Shown piece after piece: positions 1 to 29,391 of a stretch of DNA of 64,000 bases. The DNA is from the human T2T-CHM13v2.0 reference genome, Homo sapiens. The translations under genes were made by a program, and so were the position numbers. Below the pieces are notes generated by a model. It was not told the DNA's origin. It did no database searches and saw nothing but the letters and a program-made list of their open reading frames with translations. The stretch is from the NCBI RefSeq assembly GCF_009914755.1, contig NC_060927.1, one strand, 5' to 3'. The first letter of the stretch is position 1. Each line of letters opens with the position of its first letter.

Positions 1-185
1 TAATCCCTGGTCCAAAATGCTTGGAACCAGAAGTGTTTTAGATTTCAGATTTTTTCACATTTTGAAATATTTGCATTATACCTACCAGGCAAGCATCCCA
101 AATCCAAGCAGCATTTCTTTGAGTGTTATGTTGGTACCCAAAAGATTTCAGATTTTGGATTTTCAAATTTGGGATGCTCAAACTA
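1..185 (-). mobile_element. Tigger4 (Zombi) MITE fragment
   Basis: CCAAAATGCTTGGAACCAGAAGTGTTT...GGGATGCTCAA. Confidence 0.75.
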
Positions 186-677
186 TATTGTATGAGGGAA
201 AAAAGCAAGGTATAGAACTGTTTGAACAGTAGACCTCTATTTGAGTTTTTTAAAGGTAATATAAATATATATGTACATATATACACAAATATGTACATAA
301 AATATCTGGAAGGAGACACAAAAAGAGGTAAAAATGGTTGTTACTAAGGAGGAGAAGTAAGGACCAGGAATCAGGGATTAAAGTGAGACTTTCATTTCTA
401 TGGTTTCAACATCTGCATATTCCTATTCAAAATGAGTTTGAAATAAAAATGTTAAAAACTTCTTTTAGACTCATATTACACATAAGAGAATTCTCAAAGT
501 GACTCAAAGCTGTTATTTCTACAAAGTACCTAAAAATTATTGTTTGCCTACCAGCACCTGGCATAATGCCTTGCCTATAATAGATTCTCAAATGTCTTCT
601 GACTCAATTTACTATGGAATCAATTCCACAAGCTGCCACTTACGGCATCTAAGAATCTAAAAAATAGCGGCTAGAAC

Positions 678-3264
<2,587 letters not shown>

Positions 3265-3429
3265 TTAAATGAATAATTAATAAAGACAGTTGTTAATAAT
3301 ATTACTTACATATCTTAAATCTTCTCCTGCCAAGAACATCTACCCAGAGTTACAGATTTTTATCTGAATACCCAGTCTCATCAGGGTTTAGGAAATGTTT
3401 TGCATTTGGAAAGACAACATCTCCAATCA

Positions 3430-4980
<1,551 letters not shown>

Positions 4981-4984
4981 ACCA

Positions 4985-5110
4985 GCAGCAGCAGCAGCAC
5001 CTGGGAGCTTATTAGAATTAGGCCCTACCCCAGACCTATGAAATTAGAGTCTAAATTTTAATAGAAACCCCCAAGGTAATTCATGTGCACATTGAAGTTT
5101 GAAAAGCACT
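4985..5110. mobile_element. MER5 hAT MITE fragment
   Basis: CAGCACCTGGGAGCTTATTAGA..CCCAGACCT..AAGTTTGA. Confidence 0.7.
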
Positions 5111-5394
5111 TCCATAAAGCACCACAAAATAAGGACCCACCCTCACCATTCCTCAGGCAAGCTTCTGTCTCAGGACATGTACACTGTGATTCACTATGCC
5201 TAGAATGCTCTTCTCATATATGTGTATGGCTCACTCCTTCACTTCTTTCAAGCCCTTACTCAAATGTCACCTTCTGTATGAAGCCATCTGTGAACACTCA
5301 ACCCCTTCCCCTCAATACATTCTATTCCTGCTTTCCTTTTACTTTTCTCTTTAGAATTTGTCATCATAAATTTAAAAATGACATTTATGCATTA

Positions 5395-5698
<304 letters not shown>

Positions 5699-6140
5699 GG
5701 TTTTCAGAAAGAAAAATTGAGTCTTTGAGTGAAAACAACAGATATACCTATAACTGTCTACAACGCAATAACAATCCTTTACATTGATAAAAATCTTTCA
5801 TGCAAATTTTCTTATCTGATTCTCAATAACCCCATGAGCTGTGTAAAGCAAGTAATGATAAGCCCATTTTAAAGGTGAGAAAACAAACATACTTTAACTC
5901 TCAAAGCATGGAAGTAATAATGTCAAACCTGGGACTGAAGTCTCAATTTTTAGTTCAAAACTCTACAATATCACACCTCCTCTTGCCAATGAAACTGAAC
6001 CAGACTATGAAATCATACAGCCATAATATTATGCTAACGTTACTAAGCTTTCCTAAACCATCCAGTGTCTATGCAGAATGAGAACAAATTCAGTTTACCC
6101 AAGTCACAATTTCAATTTGAGAAATAAGAATGCAAGCTAC

Positions 6141-6290
6141 AGCTGGGCACAGTGGCTCACACCTGTAATCCCAGCACTTTGGGAAGCTGAGGTGGGGGAT
6201 CACTTGAGCCCAGGAGTTTGAGACCAGCCTGGGCAATACAGCAAGACTCTGTCTCTATTATAAAAAATAAAGATTTAATTTAAAAGAAAA
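6141..6290 (+). mobile_element. Alu left monomer (FLAM_C-like)
   Basis: Single arm plus A-rich tail. Confidence 0.9.
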
Positions 6291-6557
6291 AAATTCAAGC
6301 TGCTCCCCGTTACTTGTAAGTCTAATCCCGTGTCTAATAACATTCAGGAAGAATGTAGGAAATGAGCTGTTTCATTATATACATTAAGAAAGTTCTTGTT
6401 GAGCTACAGGTGCTAGAAAAAAAGAGAAAATGGGAGAAAGGAAGATGGAACAAGTAAATGAATGAGAACTGAGTTATAGAGAGGAAAGTATAATTATTTT
6501 ATACTGTTCTGAGTGCCTGGGTGATGTGATTTTGCAGTAGAAGAAAAAACGACATAC

Positions 6558-6761
6558 CTCCTCAAAATCCCAGCAATAGCTTCCCTTTCTTTGCATAGGT
6601 GAGGATGAACAGTTGTAATCCAAAAGGTTTCCCAAAAAGTTATTTTTTAAAAAGACATAGAAACAGAAGATCCATATGAAAAAGAGATCCAATCTGGGAG
6701 GATGGACACTGTGTCTTCTAAATCTTGTGACCAAAGGCAACTGTTCACCGAGCGTCAGCAT
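6558..6761 (-). CDS. Putative uORF2, open to the end of exon 2 (68 codons MLTLGEQ...WDFEE)
   Basis: ORF track 6474..6761 cut at the exon donor: 204 nt, phase 0, with hydrophobic segment LDLFFIWIFCFYVFL. Weak Kozak context. Confidence 0.3.
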
Positions 6762-6808
6762 CTGAAGAAAGTGCTAACTGTGGATGTGTCTTCTCCAGAG
6801 ATTAATAC
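6558..6808 (-). other. TMCC1: 251-nt exon 2 (5'UTR exon), probably TMCC1
   Basis: Polypyrimidine tract then CAGCAG| acceptor at 6813-6809, and donor GAG|GTATGT at 6558/6557. Unique sequence between repeats. Confidence 0.8.
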
Positions 6809-6878
6809 CTGCTGGGACAGAGAAGCAAGAAAAGGAGAAAGAACTACTGAATGCAAATGACTGTCTGACAAGCAATGA

Positions 6879-7412
<534 letters not shown>

Positions 7413-7974
7413 AAAATTTTTTAAATTAACATTAGTGAACAAAAAGTGATCACATGGAGGTAATACCAGTGACCACGCCCAGCTGGCACTGAGTTATCAA
7501 TGACAGCAATAAGCAAAAGTACACTTTTGCAGGTAATCCAGCTCTCTCTCTGATAATAGTAAAGAAAATATTAAAATCTATTTCAAGTTTTTTGTAGCAA
7601 AATCATGGTCATATCATGCAACGAATCATAGATAAATATTTGTCTGCAGTCTGCCAAACAGAGCAACCATTCTGGCAACTTATAAAACAAATATCATAGA
7701 ACTACTAATGCAGATGTCCACTCTCAGCAGAAAATGTAGAATAATCATATAAAAAAAACATATGTAGGTTTTGGCAGAGAAACTAAAAGTTGACATGAAA
7801 ACAAAGGGACATAAATGTTAATATGACATACAGGGTGGTTTGCATACCTTTTTAGCTAACATACAGAACAAGAAATCTGTTATATTTTCGCAACAAATTA
7901 AGGCAGTATTTATTGATACCTGCTACATCACTGCATTTCTATCAAACCACAAATTATAGAATATATAAAATGAA

Positions 7975-10500
<2,526 letters not shown>

Positions 10501-10584
10501 TATACACGCATACTGGACAAAGACTTTTATAATAGTATGAGCAGAATCATTTACATTATTAAAATAAAGAAAAAAGCAATATCA

Positions 10585-12289
<1,705 letters not shown>

Positions 12290-12649
12290 TGAATACATAA
12301 TGTTAAATGCAATTCATACACTCAGAGACTGCTTGAGACCACTAGCAGACCTCATAACCCAACTGCACAGTGAGAGACCACTTGCTGCTCTCAGATAGAT
12401 AACTGAATGGTTCACATAACTCAGGATGTTCTTCTGACAGAATTCTAGAGGAAGGCTACCTACTGTTACCCTATCTGGACCAAAATTCTTTATTCTATAA
12501 AGACAACAAGAAAATTATGTGATTTCAGTATTCACTAAGGAATACCATATTCCAGGAGAAAGTAGCATTCTTTCAGCACTTTATCCAAAGTCAAGCCATT
12601 GGAAAACTTTCTACTTTATATGATAATAAACTTATCAAAAGAAATACAG

Positions 12650-15880
<3,231 letters not shown>

Positions 15881-16252
15881 ATTATAACAAATTTATGATC
15901 AACGGCATCCCTGGAATTTTACTCAGTGCATCTAGGACACAAAAGATACTTAAAATATGGTCTTTGCCTTCAAGAAGCTTGTTGTCGCAGAGTGAAGACA
16001 AATGCTCATGAAACTAGTATAAAATACAAAAATAAGAAAAAATTAAATTGAAGAGTAAAGATAAAACTATATTAAGAATATAAAGAAGGTCTAGAATTAT
16101 CAGGAAAGATTTGGTCAAGGAGATAAAACTTGAATTTGTACCTTAAAATATACTTCAGAGTAGCAAAGTTAAAAAAAAAAAAAAAGAATAAACTAAGCTC
16201 ACAACAACCAGAAGGGTGAAGAAATAAGAAAAAGCTAACAGAAATTAAAATG

Positions 16253-16400
16253 GCTGGGGCATGGTGGCTCATGCTTATAAACCCAGCACTTTTGGAGGCC
16301 AAGGCAAGGGGGATCACTTGAGGCCAGGAGTTTGCCTAGGCAACATATGAGACCCCATCTCTCTCCATAATATCTTTAAAAAAAAGAAAAATAAAAACAT
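16253..16400 (+). mobile_element. Alu monomer
   Basis: Single left arm. Confidence 0.85.
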
Positions 16401-17329
16401 TCAGCTCTGAAAAGTGAAGACTTAAATAGGAGACATAATAGCAGTGCTCAAACACTTTAAGGGTCATGTGGCAGAACTAACAGAGTTACACCTATACCCA
16501 TTTAACTTACAAGCCAACCTCTGGCAAAATGTGACCAATGCTCAAGGACAAAGAGAGTGACAGCTGTTCAGTGGAGCCACAACAGGAAATGCCAATATGG
16601 ATAGACAGGAAGCAGGTGGCTAAGTTCTCTACAACTTTTCAAAGGACAGTATGTATGTGAGCCCAAAGAAGTAAAAATCAGATTCTAATTCTGCAAATGT
16701 TTACTGACTATCTTAAGTGCCGGGCTCTTTCAAATACATTATCTTGTTTAATATTCGCAACACATCTATGAGCATGTATTAATGTAATAGAGGCTTAACA
16801 TAAAAATAGAATTAAACCCTGCATGGAAACAGGAACATGTCAAAATTCTATACCATCCCCCACTCTCTGATAGGGACTCCAGAGCAGTTTTAAAAAGCCA
16901 AACAGTCTGAAGGCCCAGATACCTATATAACAATTTATTTCCTCTTGCTCTTTCCCTCAGTCAAGCTCTGTGGCTCTCAGCCTTTCATATTCGTAAGAAT
17001 TTTATACAACTATACATACAAAAACATGCAGACCATACTTTTTGAGCAATTTATGGAATTTTCCAGAAGAGTTTTCATCTTACATGATTTTTGCCTCATG
17101 CACTAACTTGAGGACCTAACCCTGGGATGAGGTGCAACTCCACTGCAGTCTTACTCCATGGGTACTGTAAGGCAGGATCAGGAAGAGGAAACGGAAAGGT
17201 ACCATCCTATTACATGAAGAACAACATTCTAACAAAGACATAAAATGTATTTACATAAAATGTAAGAATGACATGTTATGTGGGGAAGTTCAACACTGGA
17301 AAACAAGAGCAGCTCATCTGCACCTGCAG

Positions 17330-18030
17330 ACCTTTGCACTCACTGTTTCATTTACCAGGAAAGCGCTACCATTTTTCAGGTCACAACTCAAATACCTTCT
17401 CCTTAATGAGGCCTCCTCTCACTAAGTAACCCTCCACCCACCTTTCAGTCATTCACTTGTCACATCAGCTTGTTTTATTTTCTTCATAATTCATATTAGG
17501 GGTCAGCAAACATTTTCTATAAAAGGCCAGACTATAATCTATAGGCCAAATCCACCTTGCCCCGTTTTATATGGCTAAGAATGGTTTTACATTTTTAAAT
17601 GGCTAGGGGAAAATATTTTTAAAAACTCATTAATATTCTGTGACATGTGAAAATTTTATGAAATTCAAATTTCAGTGTCCCAAGTTTAACTGGAATATAA
17701 ACATATTTGTTCACGTACTGTCTGTGGCTGCTTTTGTACTAAAACAGAATTGAGTAGTTGCAAAAGAGATCATATGGCCCAAAAACCCTGGTATGTACTG
17801 TACTTCCTGGTCCTTTACCAAAAAAAGCTTACTAACCACTGATTTATATCATTATCTGAAATGATCCTATTTGCTTGTTTGTTGTATATTCCTCATTCCC
17901 ATACATACAGAATAAAGCTTAATTAGGGAAGAGGCCTTGTCTGTTTTGTCCCAACAATGTAGCCCAGTACTTAGAAAACATCCTGGAACAAAGTAAGGGC
18001 TCAATAAACATTTGATGAATTAATGAATGA
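17330..18030. mobile_element. L2 3' end interrupted by a MER58-like hAT MITE (~17497-17842)
   Basis: AGGGGTCAGCAAAC...TTACTAACCACTG termini, and L2 tail GCTCAATAAACATTTGATGAAT. Confidence 0.72.
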
Positions 18031-19742
18031 TCCATAAATGCCACTCTGAGGAGCTTAAACCTAAGCCCTGAGCCATTATATGTTCTGCACATTTATGAGA
18101 GGCATAAGCAGTCTTGCAGAAAAGGGGAAATATTCTACTATCAAGAAGGCCCAGTTTAAAGTAATGGTGGTTGGTCACCAACTAGTCTAGGGCACTGGGG
18201 TTCTTCATCAAATTGTAGACTACAGGTCTTTTGTGCTCATAAAAGAGTCCTTCTGCAAGGTGTCCCAACACTGTCAGCGGTCTGTGCTTCTGTTTATCTT
18301 AAGATGCAAATGCTCTGAGAAATCTCATTCTTATACACAGTACACAGCACCTACACCATACCAAATCTTAATCAATGCTCATAATTATAACAGTTCTACA
18401 TCACATGCTAATGAATTTTTAACGTCTAAAATTTTCCTATGCTGCTGATCAGCAATCTATAAGCAGCTCAAAACTCTTCAGAAATTAAAAGGTTACCACC
18501 CACAGACCAGAAGCAGCTTTTTAATCTTTCTACACTAGCCAGAGAGTGGGTGATTGCAAAAAAATACAAGCCAACTCTGTTGGTAGAGGACAGGGTTATT
18601 AAGTTAAAATCCCATCTATAAGCATCGTTTTGTCACATGACACTAGTAAAACTACCACCTACTCACAATTTGAGTTTCAATCTCCTAATATACAGAGAAA
18701 AAAATGTATCTACCTCCTGGAACAAATCAAAGTTTTGTTTTATTTTAAAGCAGCTATCTGATATTTATGCCCTGGATTTTTTTTTTTTAAGAACAGAATA
18801 AGCTAATTTAGGAATTCACACCTTTCGTAGAGATGCTTATGGTACAGGTACCTCTGACGGCTAGGCTCTACCAACACTAACGTGTAACGTGTCACAAAAG
18901 CCAACGGGCGTTGCGGGGGCCGGGGGTAGCCAACAGCTCAAGTGGGCTGCTTCACTCCGTGGCAGATTCACCTGGGGATTCCTCACCAAGAATGTTGTTA
19001 AGGGACGAACCAAACCAACCACAAATGATACCCCTTTACCGAGGCTGAAAAAGCAGAGATTCGCAAGCTATAAACGAATCTCTGGCCCTTTAGGGAAGGT
19101 GCAACTCGCTGCACCTCTTTCCCCTATCCTACAGGGGTTAACAGGGGGCATCCTGAGGCCGAGACCAAGCCCAGCCAGCTCCTCCTCACATCCCACCTCC
19201 CACTACATATTCTCCCCAGTACGCCGGGCTCCCTCCTCCCCTCGAAAGACAGTTCAAAATCAAAACAATAGGTGCAAAACTGGTTTCAGGTGGAAATGGC
19301 TGAGTCCTGGTGGCTAACTTCTGGGACGCCATGGCGATCGAGGGCTCCTAAAACCCCAGATTCCGACGGGAACCGGCTCCTAAACAGTCCCTCGGGCCTC
19401 GGCCCGACTTCTCACACGCCCCTCCCTCACCTCGGCCCTGGGATGCTGGGAAGGGAACGAGGCGAGGGGCTGGAGGGGAACCCCAGGTCAAAATGACAGC
19501 GGAATGAGCCGGGAAAGGAAAGAGGCCCCGTGGGATGCTGGGGGTCGAGTCCTAGGCCCGGGGCTTCAACCTCGAACGGGGGCGACGGCAGGTCCCAGCC
19601 CCGACAGGCCGCGAGCGGGAGGCCAGGCCCGCGTCCGCTGCGCCGCCAGGCCACGCTCCCTCACGACTGTCCCCACCCACCGCGGAGGGCCGTGAGGGGG
19701 CCGCGACCGCCGCCAGCGTCCGGGGCGGGGGCGCTCACTCAC

Positions 19743-19838
19743 CGGCGGGGAGGGGAGGAGCAGCCGGCGTCTCCGCCAGCGCCGTCGCTCGAGCTCAAGC
19801 GCCTGCTCCTTCCACTGCGGCCGCCGCACCCGGTCCAT
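19743..19838 (-). CDS. Putative uORF1, exon-1 part (32 codons MDRVRRPQWKEQALELERRRWRRRRLLLPSPP); continues into exon 2 for 49 aa total
   Basis: ATG at 19838 in strong Kozak context (GGGATGG). 96 nt to the donor (phase 0). Exon 2 frame 0 adds VLISGEDTSTVSTFFRC*. Translation not shown. Confidence 0.4.
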
Positions 19839-19960
19839 CCCCCACAACCACCCCCCCCTCCCGACCCTCCCCCCGCGCCGCCTCAGCCGCCGCCGCCTCA
19901 GTCACCGCCACCGCCGCCGCCGCCTCAGCCCCGGCGCGGGAGGGCGAACCGGCGCGAGAG
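19743..19960 (-). other. TMCC1: First (5'UTR) exon of the minus-strand gene, probably TMCC1; 5' end approximate
   Basis: Consensus donor CCG|GTGAGT at 19743/19742 inside the CpG island, with GCG-repeat-rich leader. Gene name from recall of the 251-nt second exon ~13 kb away plus a divergent lncRNA, not from a search. Confidence 0.75.
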
Positions 19961-20119
19961 AGCGAGCGCGCGCGCGCCCCCGCCACAGCCGCCACCGCCC
20001 ACAACCTCCGCCCCCGGCCGGCGGCGCACGCGCAAGGGAGCGGGCGGACGGGCGCGCGCACGCCGCAGGGGCGGGGATGGGCCCTGGAAGGCGTGGCCCC
20101 TCCCCTAGCCCGCCTTCCC

Positions 20120-20176
20120 ACGCGGTCTCTGGGCTGGTTGAGCTGCGCCGCTGCAGGTAGTGCTGAGTTGCTCCAG
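20120..20176 (+). ncRNA. TMCC1-DT: Putative first exon of a divergent lncRNA (TMCC1-DT/AS1-like); start approximate
   Basis: Consensus donor CAG|GTAAGC at 20176/20177 on the right edge of the CpG island. Name from recall. Confidence 0.55.
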
Positions 20177-20784
20177 GTAAGCTCCTCCTCTCAAAAAGCT
20201 CTAGGAACCGAGCCACCCTCGCCCTAGGAGCAACGCCCCTGAGTAATATGGGGTTTCGTCGGATTTCTGCCCGCCGCTCTGGATCACACGTTTGTTCTCC
20301 CTATTTGAGTCGCAAGGCCTTCCTTCATTCCACCTAGCAGGCTGCTTGGAAAAGGGCAGAGACTCATTACTTTGCACCAGGTATTACCACTGAAGGGATT
20401 GTAAGCAGCCACCAGCCCATCCCTTTATAATTCCCATTTTCCTAATTTATTTTATTTTTATTACTTATGTAATGAGGCTTCTTCCGTGTTCAAGGAGCTG
20501 GGAGTACCATATGGGGTCAACGGAGTCCCTGGTCTCATGAAGTTTGAGATCTGGTGGAGAAGGAAAACATTCATGGGAGAATCAGACAAAATTAAGTTTT
20601 CAATTAGTAAAAATCTTCTGAGAGGTATATGGTACTAAGAGAATCTTTATGGGGGAATTGATTTAGTTGAGGATGAAGAGGGTAGAATCTGAGGAATTGA
20701 GTTGGGAGGAGTTAGTTGCTCCAAGGGGTGAGGTCTTGGCATGGCCAGAATGGGGAGCGCTAAAGAATATTGAATGTGGAGTAG

Positions 20785-23235
<2,451 letters not shown>

Positions 23236-24731
23236 TTAAAGACAATAACAAAGTCATACTTTCACTTAACATGATATAACTATCCTGCATACTATTGAAA
23301 ACATAACAACACTTTTCCCAAGGGGATGCAAAGTCCTTGAGTGATGTTTCTTCTCCACCTTTGATGTCTTATAACTTAATACTGCAATATAAAGTTACCT
23401 ATCATTAATACGTCTCCATCTTGTAGTAGCAACCGAATTTCCTGCTTAGTAATCAGGATTAGTCACCTCAGCCAGTAGAGGAACTTCCCACTTTACCTGT
23501 TGATTCAGAGGCATGAAAGACCCAAGGTGGCCAGGTGACCACCTCAACTCCCAATTCAATGGAAATGTTGTTGGGTCTCCTGGTGGAAGCATTCCTTCTT
23601 TTGGAACTAAGACCTCTTGGTCAGAAGAGCCTCTGGACGTTTCTACTTTCAGGAAAAATGAACAACCAAGTACACTCTTCAAAGTTCTGCCAACTGGGGG
23701 ATTTTTTTTTCACCATTATTCTTCAGGGATGTCCCAGAAAGGGACACTAGTTTTATTTTCACTGGTGCCTGCATATTGTGCAGAACCATCATAAACCTGG
23801 GCTATGAACCACAACTGAGTTTTCCCTTCTTCAGTCAACTGGTCATAAGGAATGCCCCATGGCGCCATAGGTGCAGGCTGGGAGAGAGAAGGTAATGTAG
23901 CAGGAGTTGGGGCCATGGATATTTGGGCCACTTCCTCGTGCAACTTACCTATGCCTTCAGGGCCCATTTGAGCCCAATCTCATATATACCACTTCAATTT
24001 GATAATGGAGTGTTGCTGTGAGTGCACAACTTTATAGCTTGGTGGATCAGATAACACTTAGTTCATGATGAGCAGCTCAGGTCACATGGTAACTTGATGA
24101 CCCACGGTTAACTGTTCAGTCTCTGCTTAGGCCCAGCAAGCCAAACGTTGTTTCTCAAGAGGACAGTACTCTTCTGCAGGGCTTTGCTCCAAAATCTTAA
24201 GGGTCTGCAGCGTGATTCACCTACAGTGGCCTGCCAAAGGCTCTAAACAGCATCTGTATCAGCCCCTTGCAGAATGAGACTCTGGGTTGGTTTTCAGAAA
24301 TTGTGGCCCTAAGGGTTCCTTTCAGGACAGATATGGAAGCTTCCAGGTCATCTATGCATAGCTTAAAGCTTTAAACACTGAAAGGTGGGAATCTGAAACC
24401 CTGAGCTCATCCTTTTCTTTGCCTGCTTTCTTCAGTGCAGTTATGGCCAATGCCATTCTGTTCCTTGGTTTAACTAAAATATTCTAAGGTAACAAATACA
24501 CAGTCACGCATAACCTTGCTTTCTATAGGTGTTTCATTAGGCGTATTCGATGCTTTATCATGCCATGGACTCCCAGTGCCCTCTTCACCACTGGAAATAG
24601 AGTCACTAGTGCCTTTAAATGTAATCATATAAGAATTCATGAAATTCAAGAAATTCAAGAAAACGCAGAACAAATTCAGAAAACTCATCCTCAAGATTCC
24701 ATTCCTCTAGAGCCACTTTCAGTACCAAATC
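23236..24731 (-). mobile_element. ERVL internal remnant (pol RNase H region, dUTPase, gag leader)
   Basis: GKLHEEVAQ..PWGIPYDQLTEE..DGSAQYAG and PKEGMLPPGD..LNWELR resemble HERV-L. Leu-type PBS-like TGGTACTGAAAGTGG next to the LTR. Confidence 0.8.
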
Positions 24732-27160
<2,429 letters not shown>

Positions 27161-27202
27161 TCAGGCACTTAACCAATTAATATTAAGAGTATAGAAATCA
27201 GG

Positions 27203-27998
<796 letters not shown>

Positions 27999-28000
27999 AG

Positions 28001-28018
28001 TGGTGTCCATACATGGGG
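28001..28018 (+). other. Primer binding site, tRNA-Lys type (degenerate)
   Basis: TGGTGTCCATACATGGGG, 2 nt after the LTR, resembles TGGCGCCCAACGTGGGG. Confidence 0.8.
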
Positions 28019-28148
28019 CTCGAACCTGGGTTGAAGGGTCGCCAGAGCGACGGTTGGAGAACGTGGAACTAAGCTGGAGGACACCTGAGTACTCTTAAGC
28101 AATCCCCGTGGTGAGTAAGAAGGGGAGCTCGGAAGCATCAGGGTATCA

Positions 28149-28490
28149 ATGGGACAAGTGTGGGCTCTGGTTCATTCCACCTTGGAACCTTTTCACCCTA
28201 ATGATGAGGAGGAAGGAAAGTATAATGAACTAACAGAAGACATGACAGAGCAGGTTTGTTTGCCAGCTAAAGCTAAAGCGGCAAAGGAGGAAGAGGTTCC
28301 TCCCTACCCTTCTGCACCCCCTCATTATTTTGAAGAAAAAGAGTAGCCTGACCCTCCAGATCTTTCTTTTCCAGAGGACACTGGGTGAAAAGTAGTTGCC
28401 CCAGTGACCGAGCAGTGCCTCGAGTGACCGCTCTCAGTTCTATTCAAGCAGGAATCCAGCAAGCTAGAAGAGAGGGTGATTTAGAGGTTT
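28149..28490 (+). pseudogene. gag: HML-3 gag N-terminal remnant
   Basis: MGQ start with myristoylation-type Gly2 and a PPYPSAP late-domain-like motif. Contains stops and frameshifts. Confidence 0.8.
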
Positions 28491-29391
28491 GGCAGTCCCT
28501 GTTGGAATACACCCCCCAGATCAACAGGGAAATATTATAGCTACATTTGAGCCTTTTCCTTTTAAATTACTCAAAGAATTTAAACAAGCTATTAATCAGT
28601 ATGGACAAGGTTATCCTTTTGTAATGGGACTGTTAAAGAATGTTCCTGTCTCCAGTCAGATGTTGCCAGTGGGGCTTATAGGATTACTTCTAGGTAGATC
28701 TAGTTTAAATTTAAAAGGACTGCAAGTATATACAGGAGTCATTGATTCAGATTACAATGGGGAAATTCAAATTGTTTTATCTACTTCTGTTGCCTGGAAA
28801 GCAGAGCCAGGAGAGCGCATAGCACAGCTCCTGATTGTGCCATATGTGGAAATGGGGAAAAGTGAAATTAAACGAACAGGAGGATTTGGAAGCACAAATA
28901 AACAAGGTGAAGCAGCTTATTGGGTGAATCAAATTACTGATAAATGTCCTACCTGTGAAATAACTATTCAGGGAAAGAAATTTAAAGGTTTGGTAGATAC
29001 AGGAGCAGACATTTCAGTTATTTCTCTACAGCACTGGTCATCCTCCTGGCCAATTCAACTCGCTCAATTTAACATAGTTGGAGTTGGTAAAGCCCCTGAA
29101 GTATATCAAAGTAGTTATATTTTGCACTGTGAAGGGCCCGATGGACAACCTGGGACTATTCAACCAATTGTAACTTCTGTACCTATAAATTTATGGAGGA
29201 GAGATTTATTACAACAATGGGGAGCACAAGTTCTAATTCCAGAACAATTATATAGCCCTCAAAGTCAACATATGATGCATGGAATGGGGTATGTCCCTGG
29301 TATGGGACTAGGAAAAAATTTGCAATGTTTGAAGGAACCACTTCAAGCAGGAAGACAAAGTTCCCACCAAGGTTTAGGGTATCATTTTTGA
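28489..29391 (+). pseudogene. pro: Open 300-codon gag(CA N-term)-dUTPase(partial)-protease-G-patch fusion frame
   Basis: KEFKQAINQYG (CA) joined to GRSSL/GVIDSDY (dUTPase), LVDTGADISVI (protease) and [11 protein letters not shown] (G-patch). No true ATG at the start. Confidence 0.85.

Larger units (their letters stand above)
19300..20300. promoter_or_regulatory. CpG island / bidirectional promoter
   Basis: Very high GC and CpG density against a CpG-depleted background. GC box GGGGCGGGG near 20068 and NRF1-like GCGCACGCGC near 20024. Strong splice donors point outward on both strands (19743/19742 minus, 20176/20177 plus). Confidence 0.93.

Noticed and set aside
3300-3315. Minus-strand donor-like GAT/AT|GTAAGT suggesting another exon
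   Set aside because: No convincing paired acceptor was found; isolated donor motifs are common.
19530-20216. Pro/Arg/Ala-rich ORFs up to 192 aa over the CpG island
   Set aside because: Expected stop scarcity in GC-rich DNA; no domain similarity. Only the spliced uORF from 19838 was kept.
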